Assembly: GCA_027460535.1 (NCBI GenBank)
Contig: JAPZAR010000029.1
Location: 1 to 32,000, forward strand
Origin: Candidatus Methanoperedens sp.
Lineage (GTDB): Archaea; Halobacteriota; Methanosarcinia; Methanosarcinales; Methanoperedenaceae
Direction: 5' to 3'
DNA length: 32,000 nt
Shown here: positions 10,242 through 17,717 of the stretch, one piece after another
Layout of the letters: every line of letters starts with the position of its first letter
How positions within the stretch are numbered: position 1 is the stretch's first letter
Translations under genes and position numbers: made by a program
Notes under the pieces: model-generated
The model's database searches: none
The model's input: only the letters and a program-made list of their open reading frames with translations
What the model was told of the DNA's origin: nothing

Positions 10242-10841
10242 ATGAACTCTAAAAATATAAAAAGATATATTCCTAGTAAAGCTAGTTTATGGGGCGTGGA
10301 TGATTTTATTAGAAATCAACATAATATAGCCGAACGTTGGCTGAGAAAGGGGAATGAGACAGAAGATATATACTCTAAGTTCTTCTTTTACTTCGCAGGA
10401 TTTAACGCCATTTATTTTCAATGGGGAGTAATTAATAAAATTGATGGTAGTCAACAAGAGAAAATTCAAAATTTGCTTGAACAACTTGGTGATTCAAAGG
10501 CTAAAGAAATAATTGATGAAGTTAAGAACGAAGTCGAGTACTTTTGCCGACGTAAACCGATACAGAAAATGAATAGAAGAATTGGCGAAAAACTTATGGT
10601 TGGATATTCAGATGACGGCATTAGATATCAAAAGATACTTCAAGATGAATATCGGCCTGCACTGGAGCGAATCGTATCTTTGGGGCAAATTCTATATTTG
10701 GTTAGATCAAATCTTGTTCATGGAAGTAAAGAAGAATCAGGATCCGGAGATGATTTTGAGATTATCAAATCAAGTATAGAACCCTTAAAGGTCCTTCTTA
10801 CTGAAGGAATAACATGGTCGAAAAAACAATGTCCATTTTAG
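10242..10841 (+). CDS. HEPN-domain protein (Rx4H motif), putative RNase or abortive-infection effector
   Basis: 199 aa, predicted all-helical. YLVRSNLVHG gives R155-x4-H160 (nt 10704-10721), the HEPN catalytic signature, in the expected C-terminal helix. The gene ends in TAG with a TAA four codons later. Confidence 0.55.
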   Translation: MNSKNIKRYIPSKASLWGVDDFIRNQHNIAERWLRKGNETEDIYSKFFFYFAGFNAIYFQWGVINKIDGSQQEKIQNLLEQLGDSKAKEIIDEVKNEVEYFCRRKPIQKMNRRIGEKLMVGYSDDGIRYQKILQDEYRPALERIVSLGQILYLVRSNLVHGSKEESGSGDDFEIIKSSIEPLKVLLTEGITWSKKQCPF

Positions 10842-10864
10842 AAATCTCTTTAATGGATCTTGTT

Positions 10865-11044
10865 TTATTTATTTAATTCACGTTTAGCTTTTAATTGTCT
10901 GATATACGCATCCGCTAATTCTTTATCCAAAGAACTAATTACTTTTGCGCCACAAAACTCACAAAACCAACTATATTTCGTACCTTCAATTGGTTTCATG
11001 AAGCCATCACAGTTCTCACATCGTTTGCGGGTTTTTTTGGTCAT
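10865..11044 (-). CDS. small zinc-ribbon protein (59 aa, absent from the ORF track)
   Basis: My own translation: MTKKTRKRCENCDGFMKPIEGTKYSWFCEFCGAKVISSLDKELADAYIRQLKAKRELNK. It has CxxC-x15-CxxC and AGGT 6 nt upstream of the ATG. It is convergent with the HEPN gene, with 23 nt between the stops. The opposite-strand track ORF 10860..11087 looks spurious. Confidence 0.45.
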   Translation of the reverse strand: MTKKTRKRCENCDGFMKPIEGTKYSWFCEFCGAKVISSLDKELADAYIRQLKAKRELNK

Positions 11045-11231
11045 ATTATTTACCTATTTCAATATTTGTTTAATGTATAAACACTAAATTATGCTTTTCG
11101 GTTCCAATCATGTATTAGCTCATGTGGAAAGACATATCTCCTACTCAGAGAAGCGATAAAAAGCCAGATAAATTCCCTGAAAGATGTGATTTTGGCGTTC
11201 TGTGAAATTTCCAGAATCCATAACCTACATC

Positions 11232-11657
11232 TTAATCTCCTTCAAGGATGACTTCGTACCATGGTATGTCAGTGTCTCCTACTACCTTTTCTGCCTTGAT
11301 AGATAAAATCTCACTATCGTCATATATTCCCAGCGGTTTACTCGGGTGAATATCCCTCAGTTCAGGATTAGACCATCGCATATCTAGTTTGGACCGTTCA
11401 TCTGCTGCCATAAGTCCATCACAAACTCCAGTGATAAAGTTGTCGAGATCCCCTGTAATTGTATTATTAACAGGTCCAACATGAATTTCAATTGAAAGTC
11501 GGATGTTCCATTTTAAAGGTTCTCTGCCCTGTAAAACTCGTAGGGCAGCCAGACGAAGTTTTTCAAGTCGCCTTGCCTCTGTTGGTTTGCCCCACATCGA
11601 ATTTGCACCATCTTTTTTAGGTGGAAAATCGTCATTAACTCTAAACTGAAATTTCAT
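11232..11657 (-). CDS. RusA-like crossover-junction endodeoxyribonuclease (Holliday junction resolvase family)
   Basis: 141 aa. The layout parallels E. coli RusA: FPPKKDG (cf. PWPPSNNR), IRLSIEIHV...TGDLDNFITGVCDGL (cf. [26 protein letters not shown]), IYDDSEILSIKAEKV (cf. WLDDAQVVDYRVVKM), and a terminal WYEVILEG. Confidence 0.6.
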   Translation of the reverse strand: MKFQFRVNDDFPPKKDGANSMWGKPTEARRLEKLRLAALRVLQGREPLKWNIRLSIEIHVGPVNNTITGDLDNFITGVCDGLMAADERSKLDMRWSNPELRDIHPSKPLGIYDDSEILSIKAEKVVGDTDIPWYEVILEGD

Positions 11658-11716
11658 AACTCACCTATAACTGTTATCTTAGTTTGTAATTTCTTTATCA
11701 ATGTAAATAAGCAACA

Positions 11717-11932
11717 TCATGAATCATGCAGTCTGCGGGACTGCGCATCGTAATCAATAACAGGCACTTTCTTGACATGATTTTTACCTTCCTTAAGCTC
11801 AAGTAAACCTTTACCTTCTAAGAAAGTGAGGTCATTATACATATTTGACTCTTTATGCTTCAGCCAGTTCGCTGATGGATTCCTTTTCCCTGATAATCTG
11901 AAGCAGAGCTCCAGCCCGGGTAGCGCAATCAC
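11717..11932 (-). CDS. hypothetical small ORF, possibly a wHTH-like remnant
   Basis: Track ORF of 71 aa with a GTG start overlapping the stop of the upstream IMPase gene. LTFLEGKGLLELKEGKN looks like a winged-helix wing. It contains the hairpin GCAGTC-TGCGG-GACTGC and sits at the GC/AT transition. Support is weak. Confidence 0.25.
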   Translation of the reverse strand: MIALPGLELCFRLSGKRNPSANWLKHKESNMYNDLTFLEGKGLLELKEGKNHVKKVPVIDYDAQSRRLHDS

Positions 11933-12738
11933 ATCTCCAATGCCTTCACAATTCTATCGCGCAGTTCCTTATTTTTCGTCCCGATAATAGATAGACCGGT
12001 CGCCCTGACATCATTAGCTATAACCTCTCCTTCAAGATCTGTGAGCACTCCTCCCGCCTCTTTCAAAATCAAAGCCGACGCCATTATGTCATAACCGCTC
12101 ACAAGCCCCCTCGTATCGATCACACCATCCAGCGTTCCATCTGCCACGTAGCACATATCAAGCGCAATGCTGCCAAACGCCCTGACTATGATGGATTTTT
12201 CAAGTTCAATTAGACCGGGGGGTACTTCAGGCACGCCATAAGAATACACCGAAACCACAGGTTTTAGGCGGGTGCCCCTTTTTTTATCAATCATTCTTTC
12301 TCCATTCAAAAAAGCGCCTTTTCCCTGTTGGGCACAATAGATATTGTTCTGTATATCGCAGATCACAGCCATTCCGATATCCCCGAAATTTGCGATATCA
12401 GTCTTATCCGTATAAGCAAGCGATGTGCAGAAAAACGGAATCCCGCATGTGGCATTGGTAGAGCCGTCTATGGGGTCAAAAATAAGCATGAACTCCGGAT
12501 GCTTTCCCACTGTCCTGTCCCCGAGTTCCTCCGATATTATTCTTGCAGACAGCCCGCGTTCATTCAGGGCATCGTCGAGCGCATGTTCTGCGGCCATATC
12601 CATTTTGCGCGTAATGTCCTTTGGCCTTTTCACGACCATCTCGCCGTAATCCTCATTTTCCTTTATGAAAGAATTGATAACATCCCTGATCTCGATCCCT
12701 ATCTCGATCAAAGTTTCAATTTGCATGCAATTCTCCAA
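11929..12738 (-). CDS. inositol monophosphatase / FBPase / CysQ-family phosphatase
   Basis: 269 aa. The metal-binding EELG, FDPIDGSTN and SGYDIMASALILKEAGG motifs are diagnostic of the IMPase superfamily. Confidence 0.8.
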   Translation of the reverse strand: MENCMQIETLIEIGIEIRDVINSFIKENEDYGEMVVKRPKDITRKMDMAAEHALDDALNERGLSARIISEELGDRTVGKHPEFMLIFDPIDGSTNATCGIPFFCTSLAYTDKTDIANFGDIGMAVICDIQNNIYCAQQGKGAFLNGERMIDKKRGTRLKPVVSVYSYGVPEVPPGLIELEKSIIVRAFGSIALDMCYVADGTLDGVIDTRGLVSGYDIMASALILKEAGGVLTDLEGEVIANDVRATGLSIIGTKNKELRDRIVKALEM

Positions 12739-13267
12739 AAAGAGTGATTATGATATCAGCGACTTTTTGTGCACTCTCGTCAGGTCTCATTTTATCAGAA
12801 TCTATAATTATCTCAGGTTTAAGGGGTTCTTCGTATGGCACATTTACACCCGGAACGGTTGCCCCCGAACCCGCTGCTTTTTTGTATATCCCCTTTGGTG
12901 AAAACACAGCTTTCCTGTGGGCCTCGCGTTCCATGCATACCGGGAGTGGGCACCGGACAAACACTTCGGCGAAATTCGGGATTATCCTTCGGGCTGCATC
13001 ACGGTATTTCCTTCTGTTCGCAGTTGCATCAATAAATACATTGACCCCGCATTCCGTGAGAAGTTTTGCCATATATGCAAGGGAGGCATATACAATATCC
13101 CTCTCCTCATCCGTATATTTCGGAGAAGGCGTAAGGACCCTTCGGATCTCGTCAAGCTGAAGGATCCTTATATTGGATCCCTTTTGCCTAAGGATGGACG
13201 CTGTACGCGATGCGATCGCCGTCTTACCGCTTCCCGGAAGACCCGTGAACCAGACTGCAAAGGCCAT
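12716..13267 (-). CDS. cysC: adenylyl-sulfate (APS) kinase-like P-loop kinase
   Basis: 183 aa. P-loop GLPGSGKT, LDEIRRVL, FIDATANRRKYRDAAR, FAEVFVRCPLPVCMERE and PKGIYKKAAGSGATVPGVNVPYEEPLKPE are collinear with CysC motifs. It overlaps the next gene by 23 nt. Confidence 0.7.
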   Translation of the reverse strand: MAFAVWFTGLPGSGKTAIASRTASILRQKGSNIRILQLDEIRRVLTPSPKYTDEERDIVYASLAYMAKLLTECGVNVFIDATANRRKYRDAARRIIPNFAEVFVRCPLPVCMEREAHRKAVFSPKGIYKKAAGSGATVPGVNVPYEEPLKPEIIIDSDKMRPDESAQKVADIIITLFGELHAN

Positions 13268-13274
13268 TTTTCCC

Positions 13275-14360
13275 CTATAGATAAGAATTTACGTCTTGAT
13301 AATCAAATTCTGCGCTATCAAGCACATTATCGATAAAATTAAAAAGCTTGGTGCGCACGCCGGGGTCGAGATTGGGGTACCATATGGGGCTGGCTACCAC
13401 AAGACTTCTGAAAACATAGAAAGGCTGGATCACTTCCAACAGCTCCCTGTCTTCTGTTCTTTCAAGGTAATTGTTAAAGAAGAGTTCATACAATTCCTTG
13501 AAAGGCCCGGCAAGCTCACCATATTTTTGCAATGAATAGAAAATGTAGTTCATTGTTATAGAAGAAACATCATCAGCAGCCTCGCCCCATTCCCCCCGGC
13601 TTCTGTCAAGAACAGTAAAGTCCGCACCATCGCGGAACATGATGTTCCAGGGATGGAAATCGCCATGTGTCATGCAGAGGCGATGAACCTTTCCTTTCAT
13701 TTTGTATCGCCAGTCCACGCATTTTTTTTCAATTTCGCACAGGTCGTCCCAGCTCACAAAATCCAGGTTTTCAGGATAGCTGTCCGTCAATCCCATGATG
13801 CACTCGCCGTGCCCAACATTATCCCTGATCTTCCGCAGGTACAGTTCCCGGTCATCATGCTTTGCGGCATGGATCCTGGCAAGATATGAGGAAAGCGCCC
13901 TTGTCCTCTCCTTATCAAGTGAAGTGAGTTTTCCTTCCTTCTTTATCCTTTCAAGGTCAAGGAAATATTCCTTCCCTTCGATCTTTTCCATTAGAATGAA
14001 ATACTCTTCAGCCTTCCCGGCGGAAAAAAGTTCACCCTCGTGCGTGAAGTACCCAACGTCAAGAGATCGCGCATGAGAGGGCAAGTTATTAAAAACAGAA
14101 TTCTGCCATATCAATATCTGAGCCCTGTCCGAGAAATGGTCATGCCCGAAACCCTTCTGTACGCGCATGGATGAAAGAACGACAGAATGCTTTTTTCCTT
14201 TTGCCTCAAATACGATAAGATAGGGCTTGCCGTAACCGAATCCTTTGATGCCTTCTTCAACCTCGAGGGGTATTCCGCCAAGTTCGCTTATCGCGGTAAC
14301 TTTCGCGCTTCCGTATAATTCCTGCAGATAATCTTCGACCGCTTTTATCCCCAACTGCAT
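13275..14360 (-). CDS. APH/choline-kinase-fold phosphotransferase, substrate unknown
   Basis: 361 aa. Catalytic loop LCMTHGDFHPWNIMF (the HGDxxxxN Brenner motif) followed by VLDRSRGEWGEAADD. It starts 1 nt after the ahcY stop and ends in TAG 7 nt before the cysC-like start. Confidence 0.65.
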   Translation of the reverse strand: MQLGIKAVEDYLQELYGSAKVTAISELGGIPLEVEEGIKGFGYGKPYLIVFEAKGKKHSVVLSSMRVQKGFGHDHFSDRAQILIWQNSVFNNLPSHARSLDVGYFTHEGELFSAGKAEEYFILMEKIEGKEYFLDLERIKKEGKLTSLDKERTRALSSYLARIHAAKHDDRELYLRKIRDNVGHGECIMGLTDSYPENLDFVSWDDLCEIEKKCVDWRYKMKGKVHRLCMTHGDFHPWNIMFRDGADFTVLDRSRGEWGEAADDVSSITMNYIFYSLQKYGELAGPFKELYELFFNNYLERTEDRELLEVIQPFYVFRSLVVASPIWYPNLDPGVRTKLFNFIDNVLDSAEFDYQDVNSYL

Positions 14361-14361
14361 C

Positions 14362-15621
14362 TTATGTCCCCATTGTCCAGGAATGGAGGTATTTATCCTG
14401 CTCTTCGGTGAGGGTTTCTATCTCAATACCCATGGCCTCAAGCTTGAGTTTAGCCACGCGGCTGTCTATTTCGAACGGCACCCTGTAGACCTGGTTCTCA
14501 AGCGTGCTGCCTTTTTCTGCGATGTACCTGACGGCAAGTGCCTGGTTCGCAAAGCTCATATCCATGACCTCAGGGGGATGCCCGAATGCGCTGGCAAGGT
14601 TCACGAGCCTGCCTTCAGCAAGAAGGTAGATTCTCCGCCCGTCTTTCAAGACAAATTCCTGCACATCATTCTTTATCTGGTTGACTTTCTTTGACATCGC
14701 GGTAAGTGCCGGGATATCGATCTCAACATTGAAATGCCCTGAGTTGCACACTATCGCCTGGTCTTTCATGACCTGGAAATGTTCTTTGCTGATAACGGAG
14801 ATGTCCCCGGTGACAGTGATAAATAAGTCCCCGACTTTTGCCGCTTCCTTCATTGGCATTACCCTGAACCCGTCCATGACAGCTTCAAGTGCCTTTCTGG
14901 GCTCGACCTCGACAACGACAACGTTGCCGCCCAGTCCGCGAGCCCGTGAAGATACTCCTCTTCCGCACCAACCGTAACCGGCAACTACGATGTTTTTCCC
15001 GGCAAAAAGTATGTTCGTTGCGTTCATTATCCCGTGTATGGTGCTCTGCCCTGTGCCGTAGCGGTTATCGAACATCATCTTGGTCTCGGCATCGTTAACT
15101 GCGACCACCGGGTATTTCAAAGCGCCCTCTGCAGCCATGGCTCGAAGCCTTATCACACCTGTCGTGGTTTCCTCGCATCCGCCTTTTATGCCTTTTATCA
15201 ATTCCTGGTGCTTTGAGTGCACAAGTGCTATGGTATCTGCGCCATCGTCTAATGTTACATGAGGTTTGATCTTAAGCGCCTCTTCAAGGCACTCATAATA
15301 TTGTTTCTCGTCCTCGCCTTTTATCGCGAATGTCTTGATTCCCTCGGAAGCGAGGGCTGCAGCAACATCATCCTGTGTGCTCAACGGGTTTGAGGCAGTT
15401 AAGGCGATATTTGCGCCCCCCGCCTTCATGGCATGAATGAGATTTGCGGTCTCGACCGTCACATGAAGGCATGCCACCACATTGATGCCCTTAAGCGGTT
15501 TTTCTTTTTCGAACTGTTCCTTTATCTTTTGGAGAACTGGCATATGTCTTCGTGCCCATTCGATCCTCTGTTTTCCCTCATCTGCAAGGTTTATGTCTTT
15601 TATAATATAATCTTTCATCAA
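14362..15621 (-). CDS. ahcY: S-adenosyl-L-homocysteine (or S-inosyl-homocysteine) hydrolase
   Basis: 419 aa. NAD-binding [32 protein letters not shown] and EETTTGV are classic AhcY blocks. Confidence 0.9.
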   Translation of the reverse strand: MMKDYIIKDINLADEGKQRIEWARRHMPVLQKIKEQFEKEKPLKGINVVACLHVTVETANLIHAMKAGGANIALTASNPLSTQDDVAAALASEGIKTFAIKGEDEKQYYECLEEALKIKPHVTLDDGADTIALVHSKHQELIKGIKGGCEETTTGVIRLRAMAAEGALKYPVVAVNDAETKMMFDNRYGTGQSTIHGIMNATNILFAGKNIVVAGYGWCGRGVSSRARGLGGNVVVVEVEPRKALEAVMDGFRVMPMKEAAKVGDLFITVTGDISVISKEHFQVMKDQAIVCNSGHFNVEIDIPALTAMSKKVNQIKNDVQEFVLKDGRRIYLLAEGRLVNLASAFGHPPEVMDMSFANQALAVRYIAEKGSTLENQVYRVPFEIDSRVAKLKLEAMGIEIETLTEEQDKYLHSWTMGT

Positions 15622-15668
15622 AATCCCTTTAATTTTAAACCAGACTCAAATGCCCAAGATACTTATTA

Positions 15669-16007
15669 ATGGTTTCTATTGCTATCAACCAAAAGTTAAA
15701 TGGAATGTGCTTTAAATGCAGATCATGGGCTGAAAAAATACCTGGCCGGATAGAACGTGCATCATTGCCAAGGCTCAGTGAGATCAGCGGCGATGTCAAA
15801 ACCCTGGATGTTAAAATAGAGAGCATAAGAAATGAAACAAAGATAGAGATTGAAGGTCTCGAAAATGAGACAAAGATTGAGATTGATGGTCTTAGAAAGG
15901 AAATTGAGAGCTACAGGAAAGAAATGATGTCTGGATTTCAGGGTCTGGATTATAGATTTGAAAGCATGGATCACAGATTTGAAGCAATCAATACAGACTT
16001 GAGTTGA
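15669..16007 (+). CDS. small coiled-coil protein with an internal 11-aa tandem repeat
   Basis: Track ORF of 112 aa; the start may instead be ATG 15705. Heptad-like ETKIEIEGLENETKIEIDGLRKEIESYRKEM, then LDYRFESMDHRFEAI. No family recognised. Confidence 0.4.
   Translation: MVSIAINQKLNGMCFKCRSWAEKIPGRIERASLPRLSEISGDVKTLDVKIESIRNETKIEIEGLENETKIEIDGLRKEIESYRKEMMSGFQGLDYRFESMDHRFEAINTDLS
15831..15896 (+). repeat. intragenic 33-nt tandem duplication (2 units)
   Basis: AATGAAACAAAGATAGAGATTGAAGGTCTCGAA is followed by AATGAGACAAAGATTGAGATTGATGGTCTTAGA, encoding NETKIEIEGLE / NETKIEIDGLR. Confidence 0.8.
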
Positions 16008-16012
16008 TATAA

Positions 16013-16060
16013 AAGTCACCCAAACCCCGTACGATGTACGAGGCCTGTATATCCCATTTT
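16013..16060 (+). repeat. copy A of the dispersed ~50-nt hairpin repeat
   Basis: AAGTCACCCAAACCCCGTACGATGTACGAGGCCTGTATATCCCATTTT. The hairpin is CGTAC-GAT-GTACG at 16028-16040. The copy begins 5 nt after the stop of 15669..16007. Confidence 0.65.
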
Positions 16061-16109
16061 CATGAATATCTATTTCCCCCTCACTCTTTCAACTACCCTT
16101 CTGTTCCTC

Positions 16110-16527
16110 TCAACAGCCTGCGCCGCCCACAGCCCTCTTCATAGCCTCAAATTCCGCGGCGTCTTCTCGCCCGCAAGTTTCTTTAGGCATATATGCTGAT
16201 TCCCTGAAGCGGGGCGTAAAATCGCGGATTTCCCCGCCAACTATCAATTCCGCGCCCTTTCCCTCTTTGACCTCCTCGACAATATCGATAGCCACACCTC
16301 TTATGCCTTTATGCGATAACTCCTCAGGGTGATAACCGTTCGCGAATCTTTTTTGCATACCAGAACGTCCAGATAATAGTGAAAATGGTAGCGAAGCCGA
16401 TGATAAATGGAGAAACAATGAGTACAACAGGCGTGGGTAGGCTGTAGACCATGATTATCCTGACAAGAAATTCTTTAACATATACTACACCCCAAACCAG
16501 AGTTACGAGCCTGCGCCGCCGCCGCAC
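16110..16527 (-). CDS. two overlapping frames: 2-TM N-terminal ORF (16324..16527) plus soluble ORF (16110..16358 or ..16427); either two genes or one frameshifted gene
   Basis: The upstream frame gives MRRRRRLVTLVWGVV...IIWTFWYAKKIRERLSP*. The other frame continues from MQKRFANGYHPEELSHKGIRGVAIDIVEEVKEG... The frames switch around a T6 run at 16349-16354. No family recognised. Confidence 0.35.
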
Positions 16528-16637
16528 AGTCCAACATGTTTGGACGAGATAGGTTTTTTATACCAAGTATTCAGGTATGCCAGGTCAGAATTGGGCGAAG
16601 AGCAATAGTTCAATATTCAGTAAGGGTCGACTGCTAT

Positions 16638-16659
16638 AACTACGAAACCATTCGTAGTT
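16638..16659. promoter_or_regulatory. perfect 9-bp inverted repeat (AACTACGAA-ACCA-TTCGTAGTT) in a divergent intergenic region
   Basis: Read directly from the sequence. It lies between the minus-strand gene starting at 16527 and the plus-strand lipoprotein ORF at 16729. It could be an operator or an RNA hairpin. Confidence 0.3.
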
Positions 16660-16728
16660 TAAGAAAGTCTTTTAAGAGTTAGATGTCTAGGAGTAATTTA
16701 ATAGATGATAATTAAAGGAGGTGATTCA

Positions 16729-16932
16729 ATGAAAAAGATATATATTATATAGGGAATTGTATCCATTCTTCTATTATCAGGATGCCTGGATAATACAAAA
16801 GCTGATGCAAATGTCAATGGCGAAAACGATTCAGTAGATATTGATACAAACTATACTGCAAACTCAACCGATAGTGGAACATACCTTGCAGGAGAAAATA
16901 TCACCCTGGATGGAAAAGAGATTGTATCTTGA
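16729..16932 (+). CDS. small lipoprotein-like ORF with an in-frame TAG at codon 8 (16750-16752)
   Basis: AAAGGAGGTGATTCA-ATG is the strongest SD in the window. The ORF reads MKKIYII-TAG-GIVSILLLSGCLDNTKADANVNGENDS...KEIVS*. The lipobox LLSGC follows the TAG in the same frame. There is no alternative start downstream of the TAG. Confidence 0.45.
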
Positions 16933-16999
16933 GTATCCTCAAGACCTTTCTTATAATACTGCAAGGAAAACAGGTCGAATGTATTACAGGTGGATAAAT

Positions 17000-17458
17000 A
17001 TGAAAAACATAGAAAGAAAAAAATTGGTTATTATTGTAGTAGCAATTCTGGCAGTTTGTGCAATAGCAGTACTTGCATATTTTGCCCCAATGCAAAAAAG
17101 TAAATATGTACATATTGTTAGCGAAGTTGGTATTTCGCAGGGAGCAGTAGAAAATAATACAAAAATGGAAATCATAAAAGTACACGGATCATTCTGGAAT
17201 GATGGAAACATGGTTGCCAAAAATCTAGCTGCCGTAATAATATTTGAAGATACGGCGAATAGTAAAGTTGTCAGGAAAAATATTCCAATAGGAGGCGACC
17301 TGCCTCCGAACACAGGATCACTAATGTCATTTGATTCGGAATATACAAGAGAGAAGACCATGCCAGAAACGGATTTAAATATAACTGTCCAATTTGATTG
17401 GATGGAGAACGGGCAGTCGAAAACTACTTTGATGCCTGTGCATTCTGTACAGCAATAA
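17000..17458 (+). CDS. N-terminally anchored exported protein (hypothetical)
   Basis: Frame of track ORF 16841..17458, but the likely start is ATG 17000, preceded by AGGTGG. MKNIERKKLVIIVVAILAVCAIAVLAYFA is a signal-anchor, followed by a beta-rich domain. Confidence 0.55.
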   Translation: MKNIERKKLVIIVVAILAVCAIAVLAYFAPMQKSKYVHIVSEVGISQGAVENNTKMEIIKVHGSFWNDGNMVAKNLAAVIIFEDTANSKVVRKNIPIGGDLPPNTGSLMSFDSEYTREKTMPETDLNITVQFDWMENGQSKTTLMPVHSVQQ

Positions 17459-17490
17459 AATTCGAAAAACAAAAAAGAGGAATAAAAAAT
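17409..17490 (+). repeat. direct repeat, copy 1 (3' end of gene 17000..17458 plus spacer)
   Basis: ACGGGCAGTCGAAAACTACTTTGATGCCTGTG...TTCGAAAAACAAAAAAGAGGAATAAAAAAT aligns with 17718-17800 at roughly three quarters identity, judged by eye. Confidence 0.7.
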
Positions 17491-17695
17491 GAATAATGAT
17501 CCGAAAACTTTGGTTTTGACAATCCAACTTTTTACTTTGTATGGTAGCGGTATCACAGGACTTGCCAGCCTTATATTGGCATTTTTTCCCTTTGTAAATG
17601 GGGATTTTTTAAGTACAGGAATATATTTGCTGGCAGCAGCACTGTCATTTGGGCTCATGGCAAACGCCGTCTTTCGTGAAGGGTTTATGCGTTAA
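17489..17695 (+). CDS. small 2-TM membrane protein (hypothetical)
   Basis: 68 aa with a GAGG-type SD upstream. Two hydrophobic helices (LVLTIQLFTLYGSGITGLASLILAFF and GIYLLAAALSFGLMANAV). Confidence 0.5.
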   Translation: MNNDPKTLVLTIQLFTLYGSGITGLASLILAFFPFVNGDFLSTGIYLLAAALSFGLMANAVFREGFMR

Positions 17696-17717
17696 TATCT
17701 TACCTTCTCATTGAGGC

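Noticed and set aside
10860-11087. 75-aa plus-strand track ORF
   Set aside because: It is low-complexity and lacks a start context. The opposite strand encodes a clean CxxC..CxxC zinc-ribbon peptide with an SD-like element.
12328-15262. Numerous plus-strand track ORFs across the IMPase, cysC-like, APH and ahcY genes
   Set aside because: All are antisense to four motif-supported, tightly packed minus-strand genes. They are shadow ORFs.
16841-16999. Upstream part of track ORF 16841..17458 (TTG start)
   Set aside because: It overlaps the SD-supported lipoprotein-like ORF in another frame and is not protein-like. ATG 17000, preceded by AGGTGG and followed by a signal-anchor, is the more credible start.
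16984-17658. 224-aa minus-strand ORF
   Set aside because: It is antisense to two plus-strand genes that have good SD sequences and signal-anchor or TM features. Its translation is low-complexity and Phe/Ser/Ile-rich, as expected from AT-rich DNA.
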